Positions 49,241 to 60,141 of a stretch of 64,000 nucleotides of DNA are shown piece by piece. Below the pieces are notes generated by a model that saw nothing but the letters and a program-made list of their open reading frames with translations, searched no databases and was not told the origin of the DNA. The stretch's first letter is position 1. Each line of letters begins with the position of its first letter. The stretch is from a bacterium (GTDB lineage Bacteria; Electryoneota; Electryoneia; Electryoneales; Electryoneaceae): NCBI GenBank assembly GCA_963675295.2, contig CAXXKJ010000002.1:4064001-4128000 (forward strand), written 5' to 3'. The position numbers were made by a program, and so were the translations under genes.

Positions 49241-49347
49241 CGGAATCCCCCAGGGATGGTTACATCAGCGCAATGTCAAAACCTGATTGCTACCAATTTA
49301 CAGGGGGATTCACACGATCGCAAATGTTCACAAGGAAACTCGCAACA

Positions 49348-50763
49348 TCAGTCGCTCTTCAATCCCCGCGTGAAGAACCGCGCGATGAAGAACACGATCA
49401 CCGACAGCCCAACGCCGAACACGGCGGGATCGAAGGTGGCAGCGTACGACGTAAAGCGGTAGACCATCGTCGCCGCGACGGCCACGATCATCGTCACGAA
49501 GATCGACACGTTCAGCGACTTGCTGCGTTCTTTCATCGTCGCGCCAACCACGACCGGCAGGATGATTCCCGGCGCCCAGGTGTGGTAGGTAAACAGCAGC
49601 AGCTCGATGATATCCGACCACAGGAACGCGATCAGCGTCGAGCCGGCACCGAGGATGATGGTCCAGTTGCGCGCGAGTTTGAGGATCTTCTTGTCCGCCG
49701 CTTCGCCTTTGCCACCCCACTTGAGCTGATGCTCGAACAGGTCCTTGGTGAAGATGGCGGTGGCAGAATTCAACGCAGAGTCGGCAGAGGACATCACCGC
49801 TGAGAGCAGCGCGGCGATCATGATTCCGCTGATGACCGGGTTGTGCAGCTCACGGATGACCACCGGCAGTGCCTGCTGCGGCTCGATGCCCGGGAAGTTG
49901 ACCTTGGCGTACAGCGCGATGAAGAAGACAATCAGCGGAAAGACCAGCGTCAGGAAGAAGCCGATCCCGCCGATGCCGATTTTCGTGTCGCGGACTGTCT
50001 TGCCGATGCAATAGCGGGTCGCATACCCCGGCGCGAAGGTTTCGCCAAGCAGGAACGCGAAGAAGGTTGTGATCAGGAAGGTGAAGCCCTTTCCACCATC
50101 CCATTTGAGGAATTTGGAGGATACGTCCGCCGAGACCGATTGCCACGAGGTGATGACATCCGGCGCGATGAAGCCGAGCGTGAGCAGAAAGCCCGCCATC
50201 AGGATGACAAACTGGTAGACGTCCGTATGGATGACCGCCAGCAAACCACCGGCGGTGGAGTAGATGATGACAATTGCGCCACCGATCAGGATGGCGTATT
50301 TGATTGCCTGCGAGCCTCCTTCGACGGAGGGGAGCAACGTTGACAGCACCGACCCGATCGCGGCGATTTGCGCGGCAACGATGAAGACGGAGAACAGCAG
50401 CGAGAGGATAAGCACGACGAAGCGGGTGCGTTCGTCAAAACGGTGCCCGAAATAGCCGGCAACGGTGTACAGTTCGGCTTCACGGAAGCGTGGCGCGACG
50501 ACCAGCCCGGAGAAGATGAAGTGCAGGTAGCCGCCCATGCTGACCAGCACCATCAGGATGCCCCACTCGTACGATTTCCCCACCGCGCCGATGGAATAGC
50601 CGCCACCGATGACGGTCGCACCCATGGTCGCCGAGAGCAGATACCACGGAACATTCCGTCCGGCAACGAGGAAATCGTCCGACGAGTTGATCTTCCGAAC
50701 TTTGGATACACCCTTGAAGAAGATGAAGCCGAGATAAAGGGCAAGGATCGTCCATTGAATCAT
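49348..50763 (-). CDS. Sodium:solute symporter (SSS; PutP/PanF-like)
   Basis: DFLVAGR, YST.GGL.AV..TD..Q, SA.MSSADS.L. Confidence 0.95.
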   Translation of the reverse strand: MIQWTILALYLGFIFFKGVSKVRKINSSDDFLVAGRNVPWYLLSATMGATVIGGGYSIGAVGKSYEWGILMVLVSMGGYLHFIFSGLVVAPRFREAELYTVAGYFGHRFDERTRFVVLILSLLFSVFIVAAQIAAIGSVLSTLLPSVEGGSQAIKYAILIGGAIVIIYSTAGGLLAVIHTDVYQFVILMAGFLLTLGFIAPDVITSWQSVSADVSSKFLKWDGGKGFTFLITTFFAFLLGETFAPGYATRYCIGKTVRDTKIGIGGIGFFLTLVFPLIVFFIALYAKVNFPGIEPQQALPVVIRELHNPVISGIMIAALLSAVMSSADSALNSATAIFTKDLFEHQLKWGGKGEAADKKILKLARNWTIILGAGSTLIAFLWSDIIELLLFTYHTWAPGIILPVVVGATMKERSKSLNVSIFVTMIVAVAATMVYRFTSYAATFDPAVFGVGLSVIVFFIARFFTRGLKSD

Positions 50764-50830
50764 ACTTTCAGAGATACGACCCTCCCCCTTTCCATGCGGT
50801 GGTTAGTTGAAATGCTGGAAAATTAACAGT

Positions 50831-52000
50831 TTAACTGATGGACAACTTGTCCTCGATATCCTCGGTAACCACCGGCGGCAACTCGACATGCTTGGACGAA
50901 TCCAGCGTCTTGCTGTATTCGTCAATCGACGGCGTCACCACTTTTTCGATGTATGGTCCTAGCATCAGGCGCGCGAGGGCGCCATACGATGGGCGGAACC
51001 GGACCGGATCACCGATCTTCAGGTTGGCTGGATTGTCGCCGAGATAAATGACGGACACGTCACTGCTCGCGCCGACGATCTTGTGCGCCGGATTGACCGG
51101 AGTCAGGCCACCCATTTCGGTATCGAGTTGACCCATCGTGACCAGCGCACGGTAGCCGCGTTGGCCGGGTTCGTACTCGGTATTGTCCAGATTCTCGAAC
51201 GGGGTAATGGTCAGCGTATCCGCAGGAGCGGTGAGGCTTTTCTCCTTGATCTCAACGATCTCGGTCTCCAAGGTAAACGCGTCCCCGCGCAATCCCTCGA
51301 GCAGACCACCGCGAACCAGATCCGACCCGAGGAACACCGATTCGCCGATGCGGAAATGGTTGATCTGTTCCGGGATACGTCCTTCCAGCAGCAACGGCAG
51401 GATGGAACTTGAACCACCGGAAATCATCGGCAGTGGCCGTTGGAATTTCAGCTCGAGCAGTTCCTTGTACAGCACCAGTTGCATCACCTGGTCGAGGTTC
51501 GGCACCGCTCCGGCAAGGCAGCCGAGGTTCGCTCCGATCCCGAGCACGTCGATGTGGGACAAATCGAAGATCTGCTGGTAAAACTCGACAAGTGTGCCGG
51601 GTGAAATGCCCTCCCGTAAATCCCCCAGTTCGATCATGATCACGATCCGGTGGACCTGGTCGATCTTCTTCGCCTCTTCGTTTAGTGCCTTGATGATCTC
51701 GATTTCGGAATTGAGGCTGACGTCCGCCAGTTTGACGATCCGGGGCAGGGCGGTCATGTGTGGCAGGCGCAGGTACCAGGCTTCGAAATCGGGATTGACT
51801 CGTTCGATCGACTGCAGGTTGCTGAGGCGGGAATCCGCCATCGACCGCACTCCGATCTTCTGGAGGGCAGCCAGGGTGTCCGAATGGCCGCACAGCACCT
51901 TGGTCACCAGTGTCCAGCCGGCGTCATGCGCCTTCATCCAGCCGTCGATGACCTCAATGTTGTGCCGCAACACATCGAGGTTGATGATCAACCTATTCAT
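50831..52000 (-). CDS. PLP-dependent alanine/ornithine racemase-family (Orr-like) enzyme
   Basis: VTK (PLP Lys), ADSR, GDLREG, SGGSS, INHFRIGE, GASSD. Confidence 0.88.
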   Translation of the reverse strand: MNRLIINLDVLRHNIEVIDGWMKAHDAGWTLVTKVLCGHSDTLAALQKIGVRSMADSRLSNLQSIERVNPDFEAWYLRLPHMTALPRIVKLADVSLNSEIEIIKALNEEAKKIDQVHRIVIMIELGDLREGISPGTLVEFYQQIFDLSHIDVLGIGANLGCLAGAVPNLDQVMQLVLYKELLELKFQRPLPMISGGSSSILPLLLEGRIPEQINHFRIGESVFLGSDLVRGGLLEGLRGDAFTLETEIVEIKEKSLTAPADTLTITPFENLDNTEYEPGQRGYRALVTMGQLDTEMGGLTPVNPAHKIVGASSDVSVIYLGDNPANLKIGDPVRFRPSYGALARLMLGPYIEKVVTPSIDEYSKTLDSSKHVELPPVVTEDIEDKLSIS

Positions 52001-52464
52001 TTCTTGTACCTCATATCCGCGTACTTGGTAGTGAATCCGATCCGTTCGTACAACCGCTTGGCCGGATTCTGATACTCCACGTGCAACTTCACATCACCGT
52101 CCGCTTCGTTGAGGCAGAAATCAATCAGCTTGCGTCCCACACCCTGCCCGCGGGTTTCGGGATCGACGGTCACCATCAGCAGCAGCCACTCGGGGATGTA
52201 GCCCTTCATGCCGGTTCTCAGCATCAGGCACGCGCCGAGCAGGTTTTCGTCACGATGTGCGAGGGCGAGGAATCCGCCCTGCCCTTCGCCGGGTTCGAAA
52301 GCGTAGTCCAGTGAGCGCTTGACATCTTCGAGGGGGTCCTCGTACGGGACCATGGTTTTGTGGAAGTAGTCGGCAATCCGTTCACGGGTTGCCCAGGCGG
52401 GGAACTCTTCCCAACGGTCAATGCGGAGAAAATCGGTGGAAACTTCGGTGCTTGCGCTGCTCAC
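51997..52464 (-). CDS. GNAT family N-acetyltransferase
   Basis: V.P..RGQGVG..L acetyl-CoA motif, NPA..LY.R.GF; ATGA overlap with the racemase gene. Confidence 0.92.
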   Translation of the reverse strand: MSSASTEVSTDFLRIDRWEEFPAWATRERIADYFHKTMVPYEDPLEDVKRSLDYAFEPGEGQGGFLALAHRDENLLGACLMLRTGMKGYIPEWLLLMVTVDPETRGQGVGRKLIDFCLNEADGDVKLHVEYQNPAKRLYERIGFTTKYADMRYKK

Positions 52465-52571
52465 AGCGGCTCCTGGTTTGTTGAAACAGCAATGATGGAG
52501 GTGACTTGAAACAATCTGGAAGAAGTTTCAAACTTTCAGAATTCATCTCCGGAAGAATCATACAAACTACA

Positions 52572-52604
52572 AATTCAACAAATTGAATTCAAACGAATTT
52601 GAAT
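52572..52604. promoter_or_regulatory. Overlapping tandem palindromes upstream of the GNAT-racemase-SSS operon
   Basis: AATTCAA-caaa-TTGAATT and ATTCAAA-cgaa-TTTGAAT. Confidence 0.4.
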
Positions 52605-52695
52605 GCAATTTGATGCTCGGAGAAATGAGTTCAGATGAGTTGGGAAGGCCTTAAAAAGTCCGAACAATACTACGCCAGCCCGTACCAGTGTTGCC

Positions 52696-53310
52696 TCAGG
52701 GCCGTTTCGGCAGGCCCGCGCGCATGGCGGGAACCGCGCGCAGGATGTATTCGATCATTGACGCCAGCGTCACCAGGATCACGATCCACGAAATGATGAG
52801 CACCGGCGCTGGTTTGAAAATGTCGGTGAACAGGAATGCTTCCCAGATCGTTCGTTCGCGCACCGGCCAGAACACCGGCGACAGAACCAGCAGAAACGCG
52901 CCCGCCGCCTGCACGACGGCTTTCGCCTTGCCGCTGATGTGCGCGGAGGCGGATTTGCCGGACCGGGTGACGATCACGCGCGTGTAGGCGACGGTCACAT
53001 CGCGGATTGCCATCACAATCGGCACCGCCATCAGCGCCAGGTTGTCGAACGCCAATGCGGTGTAGGTGATCAATCGGGCGGTAGAATCGGCGTACGGGTC
53101 CAGCGTCGCGCCGAGTTCGCTGGTGAGGTTGTATTTCCGGGCGATGAAACCATCGAGGAAGTCGCTAAGCTCGATGATCACCAGCAGGATCAGGGTAACG
53201 GTCAACGTTGCCGGGGAATACTCGGTGGACAGCAGCCACAGCAGCAAGACCAGCGCGATGGGAATGCGGACCAGAGTCAGCATCAGCAGACGCAGATACG
53301 GATTGCTCAC
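52696..53310 (-). CDS. CDP-alcohol phosphatidyltransferase (PgsA-like)
   Basis: SDFLDGFIARK....S.LG..LDP.AD signature; GK.K...Q. Confidence 0.92.
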   Translation of the reverse strand: MSNPYLRLLMLTLVRIPIALVLLLWLLSTEYSPATLTVTLILLVIIELSDFLDGFIARKYNLTSELGATLDPYADSTARLITYTALAFDNLALMAVPIVMAIRDVTVAYTRVIVTRSGKSASAHISGKAKAVVQAAGAFLLVLSPVFWPVRERTIWEAFLFTDIFKPAPVLIISWIVILVTLASMIEYILRAVPAMRAGLPKRP

Positions 53311-53401
53311 GGTTTTCCCCCGATCATGGTTGTTTCGCCCCGCCCTGCCTGACTATAGTGCGTAAACGTTACGAGTGTGTGCAATTCAGGAGTCGTACTG
53401 G

Positions 53402-54436
53402 ATGGACGTTGCCGAGCTGTGGAACAAAGCGTTGGAAACGGTGACCACATGGGCGCCGGTCGTGCTGCGCGTATTGCTGATCATGATCGTTCTGGTCGTG
53501 GTCTGGGGCCTGCTGCAGGCGTTGGTCAAACGATTCATGATCCGGGAGAAACCGGGTGACAGCGGCGGGTCGAAACGGCTGCAGACCCTCGCGGTCATTT
53601 CCCGCAGCGTGATCAACGTGGCGTTACTGGCGCTAGGCGTGACCTGGGTGTTGAGCGAACTGGGGATCAACCTCGGCCCCGTGCTCGCCGCCGCCGGTGT
53701 GTTGGGCCTCGCGATTGGTTTCGGCGCACAAAGCCTGGTCGCGGATGTGCTGAACGGATTCTTCATGATCCTCGAAGGGCAGGTGCGTGTCGGCGACTGG
53801 ATCCTGACCAAGGAGGGTAGCCGTGGACGAGTCGAGCAGATCACCATGCGCACCCTGATCCTGCGCGACCTAGAGGGCAATGTCCACATCATCCCGCACA
53901 GTATGGTGGAAACCGTGGTTAACATGACCATGGCGTATTCCATCTGCCAGATCGACCTTGGTGTTGCGTACCGTGAGGACGCCGACGAAGTCCTGCGCGT
54001 GCTCGAGGAAGAAGCGCTGAAGCTGCAGAAGGATGAGACCGTGGGACGCTTCATTCTCGGCCCGGCGGAAATCCTCGGCATCACCGAGTTCGGCGACTCG
54101 GCGATTGTCTACCGGCTGCGGATCAAGACCGAAACCGGCCGTCAGTGGGCGGTGCGGCGGATGTACAACCTCTACATCAAGCGCCGTTTCGACGCCGACG
54201 GTATCGAGATTCCGTTCCCGCACATCACCCTCTACGCCGGCGAGGACAAGGAAGGCAACGCGCCGGCATTTCCGATCCGGCAGAAACAGGGAGACGTGCC
54301 GTCCCCGGATGAACAAAAAGCGTCCCAGAGCAAATCAATCGCCGAACCGAAGAAACAAGTCCGCATCAACCCCGGACCGGAGAGCGGACCGGAAGAAGAA
54401 CGCGAACCGATTGCCGGAGAAGGGAAAGACGATTGA
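53402..54436 (+). CDS. Small-conductance mechanosensitive channel (MscS family)
   Basis: AG..GLAIGFGAQ.L..D...G, VGD.I, G.VE.I..R...LRD..G....IP, GIEIPFP. Confidence 0.95.
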   Translation: MDVAELWNKALETVTTWAPVVLRVLLIMIVLVVVWGLLQALVKRFMIREKPGDSGGSKRLQTLAVISRSVINVALLALGVTWVLSELGINLGPVLAAAGVLGLAIGFGAQSLVADVLNGFFMILEGQVRVGDWILTKEGSRGRVEQITMRTLILRDLEGNVHIIPHSMVETVVNMTMAYSICQIDLGVAYREDADEVLRVLEEEALKLQKDETVGRFILGPAEILGITEFGDSAIVYRLRIKTETGRQWAVRRMYNLYIKRRFDADGIEIPFPHITLYAGEDKEGNAPAFPIRQKQGDVPSPDEQKASQSKSIAEPKKQVRINPGPESGPEEEREPIAGEGKDD

Positions 54437-54444
54437 CGGAATCA

Positions 54445-54475
54445 ACAACGCCCGCGGAAATACCGCGGGCGTTGT
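54445..54475. terminator. Hairpin between convergent genes
   Basis: ACAACGCCCGCGG-aaata-CCGCGGGCGTTGT. Confidence 0.65.
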
Positions 54476-54520
54476 CGTATCTGCCAGGGTTCGGCGTCTG
54501 AGCAGAGTTTTTCCCACCCC

Positions 54521-57106
54521 CTATCTCATGTACACCAGTTTCCGTGTCTGCAGCGGCTGATTGTTCACCGTTGCCCGCACGAAATAGACTCCGCTCGCGG
54601 CGTCCTTGGGTGTCCAGGTTACGGCATGTGTTCCGGCGGATAGTCGGCCATCTGTGAGTGTGGCGACATTGCGGCCTTGAGTATTGTAGACCGTCACGTT
54701 TACCACCGCTTCATCCGGCAGCGACAGGGTCAGCGACGTCGACGGGTTGAATGGATTCGGCCATGCCTCGCTGAGTGTGCAGCTGGTCGGGATGCCGGAT
54801 TCACCCTGAGCAAGCTCCGCAGCAGATTCAGCCAACCATTCGCCGTGCTCCCATCCGGGAGTACCATCCACACCCAGTGCAGTTTTGTTGAACATGAACG
54901 CATGGGTTGTCACGACAACATTGGGGTAATAGCCAAGGTATGCATCCAGTCTGTATTCTCCCGCCGGGGCTATCCCCGGAATGGTTTGAGTGAGACCGGT
55001 GTACATCGTAGTACCAGGTGTGACGGTTAACGGACTGCGAAACGTCTCAATCACCTGGCTGTTGGGAAACGTCAACTTGACCCAAGCCTGCCCGGATACC
55101 GGTTCCGTAAGGCTACTTAGGATCTCAGCGTCGTAGACTACATCACCACCCTCTGCGGGGATGACAGTACTGACCGGGGTCAGAGTCAGGGCCACTATCG
55201 ACGTGTTTCTGTCGTAGGAATATTGATATAGCCCGTAATCGTACAGCAAGTACAGGTATCCATCAACCGCAGCGAGATCCTTGCCCCAGCCTGGTGCATC
55301 TGCACTGGCAATCAGCAACGGGTTGTCGAGGTTGCGGATATCGTACATGCGCACTTCGTCGGTCGTGCTGAGGAAAAACAAGTCCCCCTCAAAGTCAAAT
55401 GCGACACCTTCTGATTCACGGAACAGTGCCGGAAACTCGTAGGCCAGCTGCATCACGTTTGGATCGGTGATATCGTAGAGTCGCACATACGCGATGTTCA
55501 AACTGGAATTGAGTCCCAGGGTAGCGATACGGCCGTTGTCCACCTTGAAGCCGTTGTCCTCTGCTTCGATCAGCGCTGGATCTTCAGCCACAAAGACCGG
55601 ATTGGCGAGATCGGAACAGTCGTAGATGTCAACGTAGCCGGTCTGGGAATTGATGACGTAGAGAGTTGATCCTTCCGCCGCGATTTTTCCCTCGGTTGGA
55701 TTGATCTCGTGGATCGCGACCAGAGCGGGGTGTGTTGGATCGGCAAGGCTGAAGAACCAGATTTCCGTATCCTGGCTGAGGTACAGGGCACCGTCCGCAA
55801 CTGCAATCGCTCCGTCGGATACGTGCCCGCATTCAAGATTGTCCGTTCGATGTGGAGCGGACGGATCACTCAGATCCACGGTACTCAGCTCGGTGTAGTA
55901 CTCTGTCTGCGGTTTATGACAGACGTACAGGTATGGCCCATTGAGGAACATATCCCGGATTTCGCTGTTGTTGAATGCCAGATATTCGAAGGGTTCCAGC
56001 ATCTGCGAAAAATCGTCAACAAGGATGCCGTCTACCTCCATCCCGGTTGCGGCGTATTGACCGTTCGCGACAACCATAGACGCTTCGCTGTAAGACATCC
56101 CCGGATAGATAAGAGGCTGAGATGGAGTGGAATAATCAATCAGGTCAAGCCATCCTTCGGGCGCATGATCGCCGAGTGAGCAGAAGTAAATCATTCGACC
56201 GCCGGCAGGATGGGCGAAGGCAAAGTCCATTTCCCAAGCGATGGAATTGACCAACTGAGGATTCAACGGATCTTGCAGGCGGTAACATCTCGTTTCCGAG
56301 AGATACGCTGTGATGAGTAAATCATTGATCAGCACACCGTCGCCACCATTCAGTTCGCCGATGTAGGCTCCGTCTTCCATGTTGTAAACATGGGTTTCAT
56401 AGCTACCTGAGACATATGCAGCACCGCCATAAACGTTCGAAGCGATCGCACCATAGTCACCTGTATAGATCGGATCAGCTAGTGGCAGAAATTCGATATC
56501 CATGATATCGCTGACGTCCAGCACTTGTACGCTCATGAAGCTATCGTACCTGCCCCCGGTGTAGAACACATAGGCAAGCCGTCGTTCCATGCCCCGCAAC
56601 AACACAGCTGTTTGACCGAGATATTGTGTGGTCACCAGGGGTGGTGAGATGCGATCCGCCTGGATATCGTAGAAACCGAGTTCAGCAGTCGTCGTTCGTG
56701 CAACCACATACTCAGTCCCGCCTGCATCGGTTACAACCGTTGGATGCCGGTTTATAAACGGGTTATTCCCCACGTTCGCTGGATTTGAGGGATCGCCGAT
56801 ATCGAAGACGTAGTAACTGTTACTCGGATACAGGTAGGTATCATAGATGAACAGCTGGCCGTAGTTGCCTTCATCGTTGACCTGAGAAATCAATTCAGGA
56901 TGGTCCGGGTCGGCTACATCGTAGAACAGCATTCCTTCATTCGTCGTCGAGATGATCAACGTATTGCCGGTTCCGCTACCACCCTGGATGTAGCTGTAAT
57001 GGACGGCTTTTGACAATCCAACCGAACCGGGCAGGATTTCCTGGGCCAGGGTAGGAGATGTGAAAATCAGCACAAGAATGTGGGTGATGGACAGGATAGT
57101 TTTCAT
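54521..57106 (-). CDS. Secreted LVIVD-type repeat protein with Ig-like module and T9SS-like CTD
   Basis: Signal peptide (TLA/Q); repeats of (Y/F)D..DP..P; Ig-like module; WPNPFNP...YN..GR.VATL...ASGVYFVR...KLVYMR. Confidence 0.87.
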   Translation of the reverse strand: MKTILSITHILVLIFTSPTLAQEILPGSVGLSKAVHYSYIQGGSGTGNTLIISTTNEGMLFYDVADPDHPELISQVNDEGNYGQLFIYDTYLYPSNSYYVFDIGDPSNPANVGNNPFINRHPTVVTDAGGTEYVVARTTTAELGFYDIQADRISPPLVTTQYLGQTAVLLRGMERRLAYVFYTGGRYDSFMSVQVLDVSDIMDIEFLPLADPIYTGDYGAIASNVYGGAAYVSGSYETHVYNMEDGAYIGELNGGDGVLINDLLITAYLSETRCYRLQDPLNPQLVNSIAWEMDFAFAHPAGGRMIYFCSLGDHAPEGWLDLIDYSTPSQPLIYPGMSYSEASMVVANGQYAATGMEVDGILVDDFSQMLEPFEYLAFNNSEIRDMFLNGPYLYVCHKPQTEYYTELSTVDLSDPSAPHRTDNLECGHVSDGAIAVADGALYLSQDTEIWFFSLADPTHPALVAIHEINPTEGKIAAEGSTLYVINSQTGYVDIYDCSDLANPVFVAEDPALIEAEDNGFKVDNGRIATLGLNSSLNIAYVRLYDITDPNVMQLAYEFPALFRESEGVAFDFEGDLFFLSTTDEVRMYDIRNLDNPLLIASADAPGWGKDLAAVDGYLYLLYDYGLYQYSYDRNTSIVALTLTPVSTVIPAEGGDVVYDAEILSSLTEPVSGQAWVKLTFPNSQVIETFRSPLTVTPGTTMYTGLTQTIPGIAPAGEYRLDAYLGYYPNVVVTTHAFMFNKTALGVDGTPGWEHGEWLAESAAELAQGESGIPTSCTLSEAWPNPFNPSTSLTLSLPDEAVVNVTVYNTQGRNVATLTDGRLSAGTHAVTWTPKDAASGVYFVRATVNNQPLQTRKLVYMR

Positions 57107-57367
57107 GGGTCCGTCCCGCAAGTTGAACCTGCTTGATTCAATTCAATTGATCTGGTGTCCTGAATCTACGCTCGCCGGATCAGTCTCCCTCAGATCAACT
57201 GGTTATCAGTGTGTAATGTGGGCCGAGCGACTCAGAAACAACAGGATTAGGTGCGGAAAACAAAGAAATAATCTACCATGAGCATCTTCCCGAATGCCAT
57301 GTCTTCCTGCATTCGATGCGGATTGTTCATTGCTTCAGATTAGTATATGGTGAGACGATGGAAAAAT

Positions 57368-57404
57368 ACAAAGCGAACCGGACAAATTGTCCGATTCGCT
57401 TTGT
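57368..57404 (-). terminator. Intrinsic terminator after typA
   Basis: Minus strand ACAAAGCGAATCGGACA...TGTCCGGTTCGCTTTGT followed by ATTTTT. Confidence 0.6.
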
Positions 57405-57452
57405 CTGAAACTCTCATGTATTCCTGTGGAACGGGTTTCAGCCCGGTACAGC

Positions 57453-59282
57453 TTACACAGCCGCTTTCTTCTCCGCCTTGCGCATCGCGTCCTCGGACAG
57501 CCAGCGTTTGCGGATGCGCAATGATTCCGGCGTCACCTCGACCAGTTCGTCCTCGGCGATGAATTCCAGCGCGGTTTCCAGCGTCAGGATGCGTGGCGGG
57601 TGCAGCATGTAGTTATCGTCACTGCCGGCGGCGCGCATGTTGGTCAGCTTCTTTTCCTTCGTCGGATTGACCCACATGTTGTCGCTGCGGCTGTTTTCGC
57701 CGACCACCATGCCGGAATAGACTTCCACCGTCGGTCCGACAAACATCTGCCCGCGTTCCTGCAGGTTCTGCAACGCATACGATGTCGACTTGCCCATCCG
57801 GTCGGCGACCAGCGCGCCGGTCTTGCGGTGCGGAATTTCGCCGGCGTGTTCACGCCAATCGAGGAAGATGTGGTTGATGATCGCGGTGCCGCGGGTTTCG
57901 ACCAGCAGTTGCGACCGCAGACCGATCAGGCCTCGCATCGGCACCTCGAACTCAAGCCGTACCCACCCGGACGAATGGTTAACCATCTTCAACATCCGGC
58001 CCTTGCGGAAGCCCATCGTCTGGGTGATCGTGCCGATATATTCTTCCGGGCAATCGAGAATCAACTGTTCCCACGGTTCGAGTAACGTGCCGTTCTCGTC
58101 CAGATGCGTCAGCACCTTCGGCTTGCCGACCGCGACCTCGTAGCCCTCACGCCGCATCGTTTCGAGCAGGATCGCGAACTGCAATTCGCCACGTCCGAGC
58201 ACCTTGAACGAATCCGCCGAGCCGGTTTCTTCGACCCGCAGACTGGGGTTACCCTGGATTTCCTTAAACAGGCGGTCGCGCAACTGACGGCTGGTGACGT
58301 ATTTCCCTTCCCGTCCGGCGAACGGGCTGGTATTGACAGAGAAGACCATCTCCAGCGACGGTTCGTCAATGTGCAGCTCCGGCAATGGACGCGGATCGTC
58401 GGGATCGGTCAATGTCCAGCCGAGCTGGATGCCCTCGATCCCAGCGATGGCGACAATGTCACCCGGCTGCGCGCGGTCAATGTCGATGCGTTTCAACCCG
58501 GAGTAGCTGTACAGCTTGGTGATCTTCGCCTTGTGGCCGCCGGTCCCGCCGGTCATCAGGATGGTGTCGCCAACGTTCAACACGCCGTTGCTGACACGCC
58601 CGATGCCGATCCGCCCGAGATAATCGCTGTAGTCGAGCGTGGTGATCTGCAGCTGCAATGGGTGGTTTTCGGTGTACGTCGGCGGCGGCACATGCTCGAT
58701 GATCATCTGGAACAACGGGCGCAGGTCGGTGCCCTCGACGTCGGGGTCGAGCGTTGCGGTGCCGGTCTTCGCGATGGTGTAGATAATCGGGAAATTGCAC
58801 TGTTCTTCGGACGCGTCAAGGTCGAGGAACAGGTCGAGAACTTCATCCTCGACTTCGCCAAGGCGGGCGTCCGGACGGTCGATCTTGTTGATCACCACGA
58901 TCGGGCTCAAGCCGGCCTCGAGGGCGTTGGAGAGCACGTACCGTGTTTGCGGCAACGGTCCCTCGGACGCGTCCACCAGCAGCAGGCAGCCGTCCACCAT
59001 CTTCAGAACGCGTTGCACCTCGCCGCCAAAGTCGGCGTGGCCGGGAGTATCGACGATGTTGATCGTCGTGCCCGCCCAGTTGATCGCGGTGTTCTTGGCG
59101 AGGATGGTGATGCCCTTTTCGCGCTCGAGATCGTTGCTGTCGAGCACGCGCTCAGCGACCTGTTCATTGGCGCGGAACAGGCCGGCCTGGTGCAGCATGG
59201 CGTCCACGAGGGTGGTCTTGCCGTGGTCGACATGCGCGATGATCGCGAGGTTTCGCAGGTTGTTACGAGACTGTATCGGCAC
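57453..59282 (-). CDS. typA: Translational GTPase TypA/BipA
   Basis: [59 protein letters not shown]. Confidence 0.98.
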   Translation of the reverse strand: MPIQSRNNLRNLAIIAHVDHGKTTLVDAMLHQAGLFRANEQVAERVLDSNDLEREKGITILAKNTAINWAGTTINIVDTPGHADFGGEVQRVLKMVDGCLLLVDASEGPLPQTRYVLSNALEAGLSPIVVINKIDRPDARLGEVEDEVLDLFLDLDASEEQCNFPIIYTIAKTGTATLDPDVEGTDLRPLFQMIIEHVPPPTYTENHPLQLQITTLDYSDYLGRIGIGRVSNGVLNVGDTILMTGGTGGHKAKITKLYSYSGLKRIDIDRAQPGDIVAIAGIEGIQLGWTLTDPDDPRPLPELHIDEPSLEMVFSVNTSPFAGREGKYVTSRQLRDRLFKEIQGNPSLRVEETGSADSFKVLGRGELQFAILLETMRREGYEVAVGKPKVLTHLDENGTLLEPWEQLILDCPEEYIGTITQTMGFRKGRMLKMVNHSSGWVRLEFEVPMRGLIGLRSQLLVETRGTAIINHIFLDWREHAGEIPHRKTGALVADRMGKSTSYALQNLQERGQMFVGPTVEVYSGMVVGENSRSDNMWVNPTKEKKLTNMRAAGSDDNYMLHPPRILTLETALEFIAEDELVEVTPESLRIRKRWLSEDAMRKAEKKAAV

Positions 59283-59506
59283 TAGGTACTCCGGAATCTC
59301 TGGTCTGGTACGGAAGTTTCAATATGGGTCCGCATGGAGGGAAGCATGCGGACAGCCGCGGTCTCTCATCGTGCGGAGGAGGCGGAAGATAGTGAGGAAA
59401 GGGGTGAGATGTGCGAATGTTGACCTGAGCTGCGAGGCACGGTGCGTGGACCGGTCTGGTGAAGTTGCCGGGTCAGGCAGCAATTGGTTGAGACCTGAAC
59501 GAAAAC

Positions 59507-59576
59507 GGGGACAGCCGTTTGCGACTGTCCCCAATAGTTCACTCACAACTCATCACTCATCAACTCACAACTCATC
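59507..59576. repeat. GGGGACAG..CTGTCCCC hairpin followed by ACTCAYM heptamer tract
   Basis: Hairpin at 59507..59532; ACTCACA/ACTCATC units. Confidence 0.7.
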
Positions 59577-59958
59577 AATCCCCGGTCAGGGATTTGGCGA
59601 CGTCGATGAACTCGGTTTTGTCGATTGGTTTCTCGAAATAAGCTTCCGGCGGCGGCAGCTTCCGGTGCTGCTCGATGAAGCGCTTGAATTCCGGTGTGAT
59701 GCCGGTGACGACCGCGACGGGGATGTCTTTCAGTTCATCGTCCATTTTCAGGTCGTGGTACATCCGCAGCCCGGACTCTTCCGGCATGCTGATGTCGAGC
59801 GTGATCAGGTCCGGATGCAGCGCTTTCGCCTGCGACATGCCGATGCGGCCGTTCGCGGCGGTATCGGTCTTGAATCCGTTGTCTTCCAGCAGAATGGTCA
59901 GGAACGAGCTGACATCCGGCTCATCCTCGACGATCAGCACGAGCTTCTGGTCGCTCAT
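59575..59958 (-). CDS. Single-domain response regulator (receiver)
   Basis: LIVEDE, PDLITLDISMP..SG, IPV.VVTG, EKP. Confidence 0.93.
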   Translation of the reverse strand: MSDQKLVLIVEDEPDVSSFLTILLEDNGFKTDTAANGRIGMSQAKALHPDLITLDISMPEESGLRMYHDLKMDDELKDIPVAVVTGITPEFKRFIEQHRKLPPPEAYFEKPIDKTEFIDVAKSLTGD

Positions 59959-60069
59959 GGGGGCCCCCAAACGTTTGTTCTGCGCGGACTTTGATCCGCG
60001 TGAGTTGATATCGTATGAATGATCCCGGCCAGCCAGCTGGTCGGGGCAAACGGCATCTGTCTGTATCTC

Positions 60070-60138
60070 ACCACGGACTGAAGTCCGTGGTAAGGTTTCG
60101 ATACGGGGACACATTGAGGACAATGTGTCCCCGTATCG
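60070..60138. repeat. ACCACGGAC..GTCCGTGGT palindrome adjacent to an 18-bp GGGGACAC hairpin
   Basis: ACCACGGACTGAAGTCCGTGGT (60070..60091); CGATACGGGGACACATTG-agga-CAATGTGTCCCCGTATCG (60099..60138). Confidence 0.85.
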
Positions 60139-60141
60139 CGC

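Noticed and set aside
52572-52604. ArgR or CodY box assignment
   Set aside because: Half-site orientation and spacing do not match TGAAT-N4-ATTCA or AATTTTCWGAAAATT.
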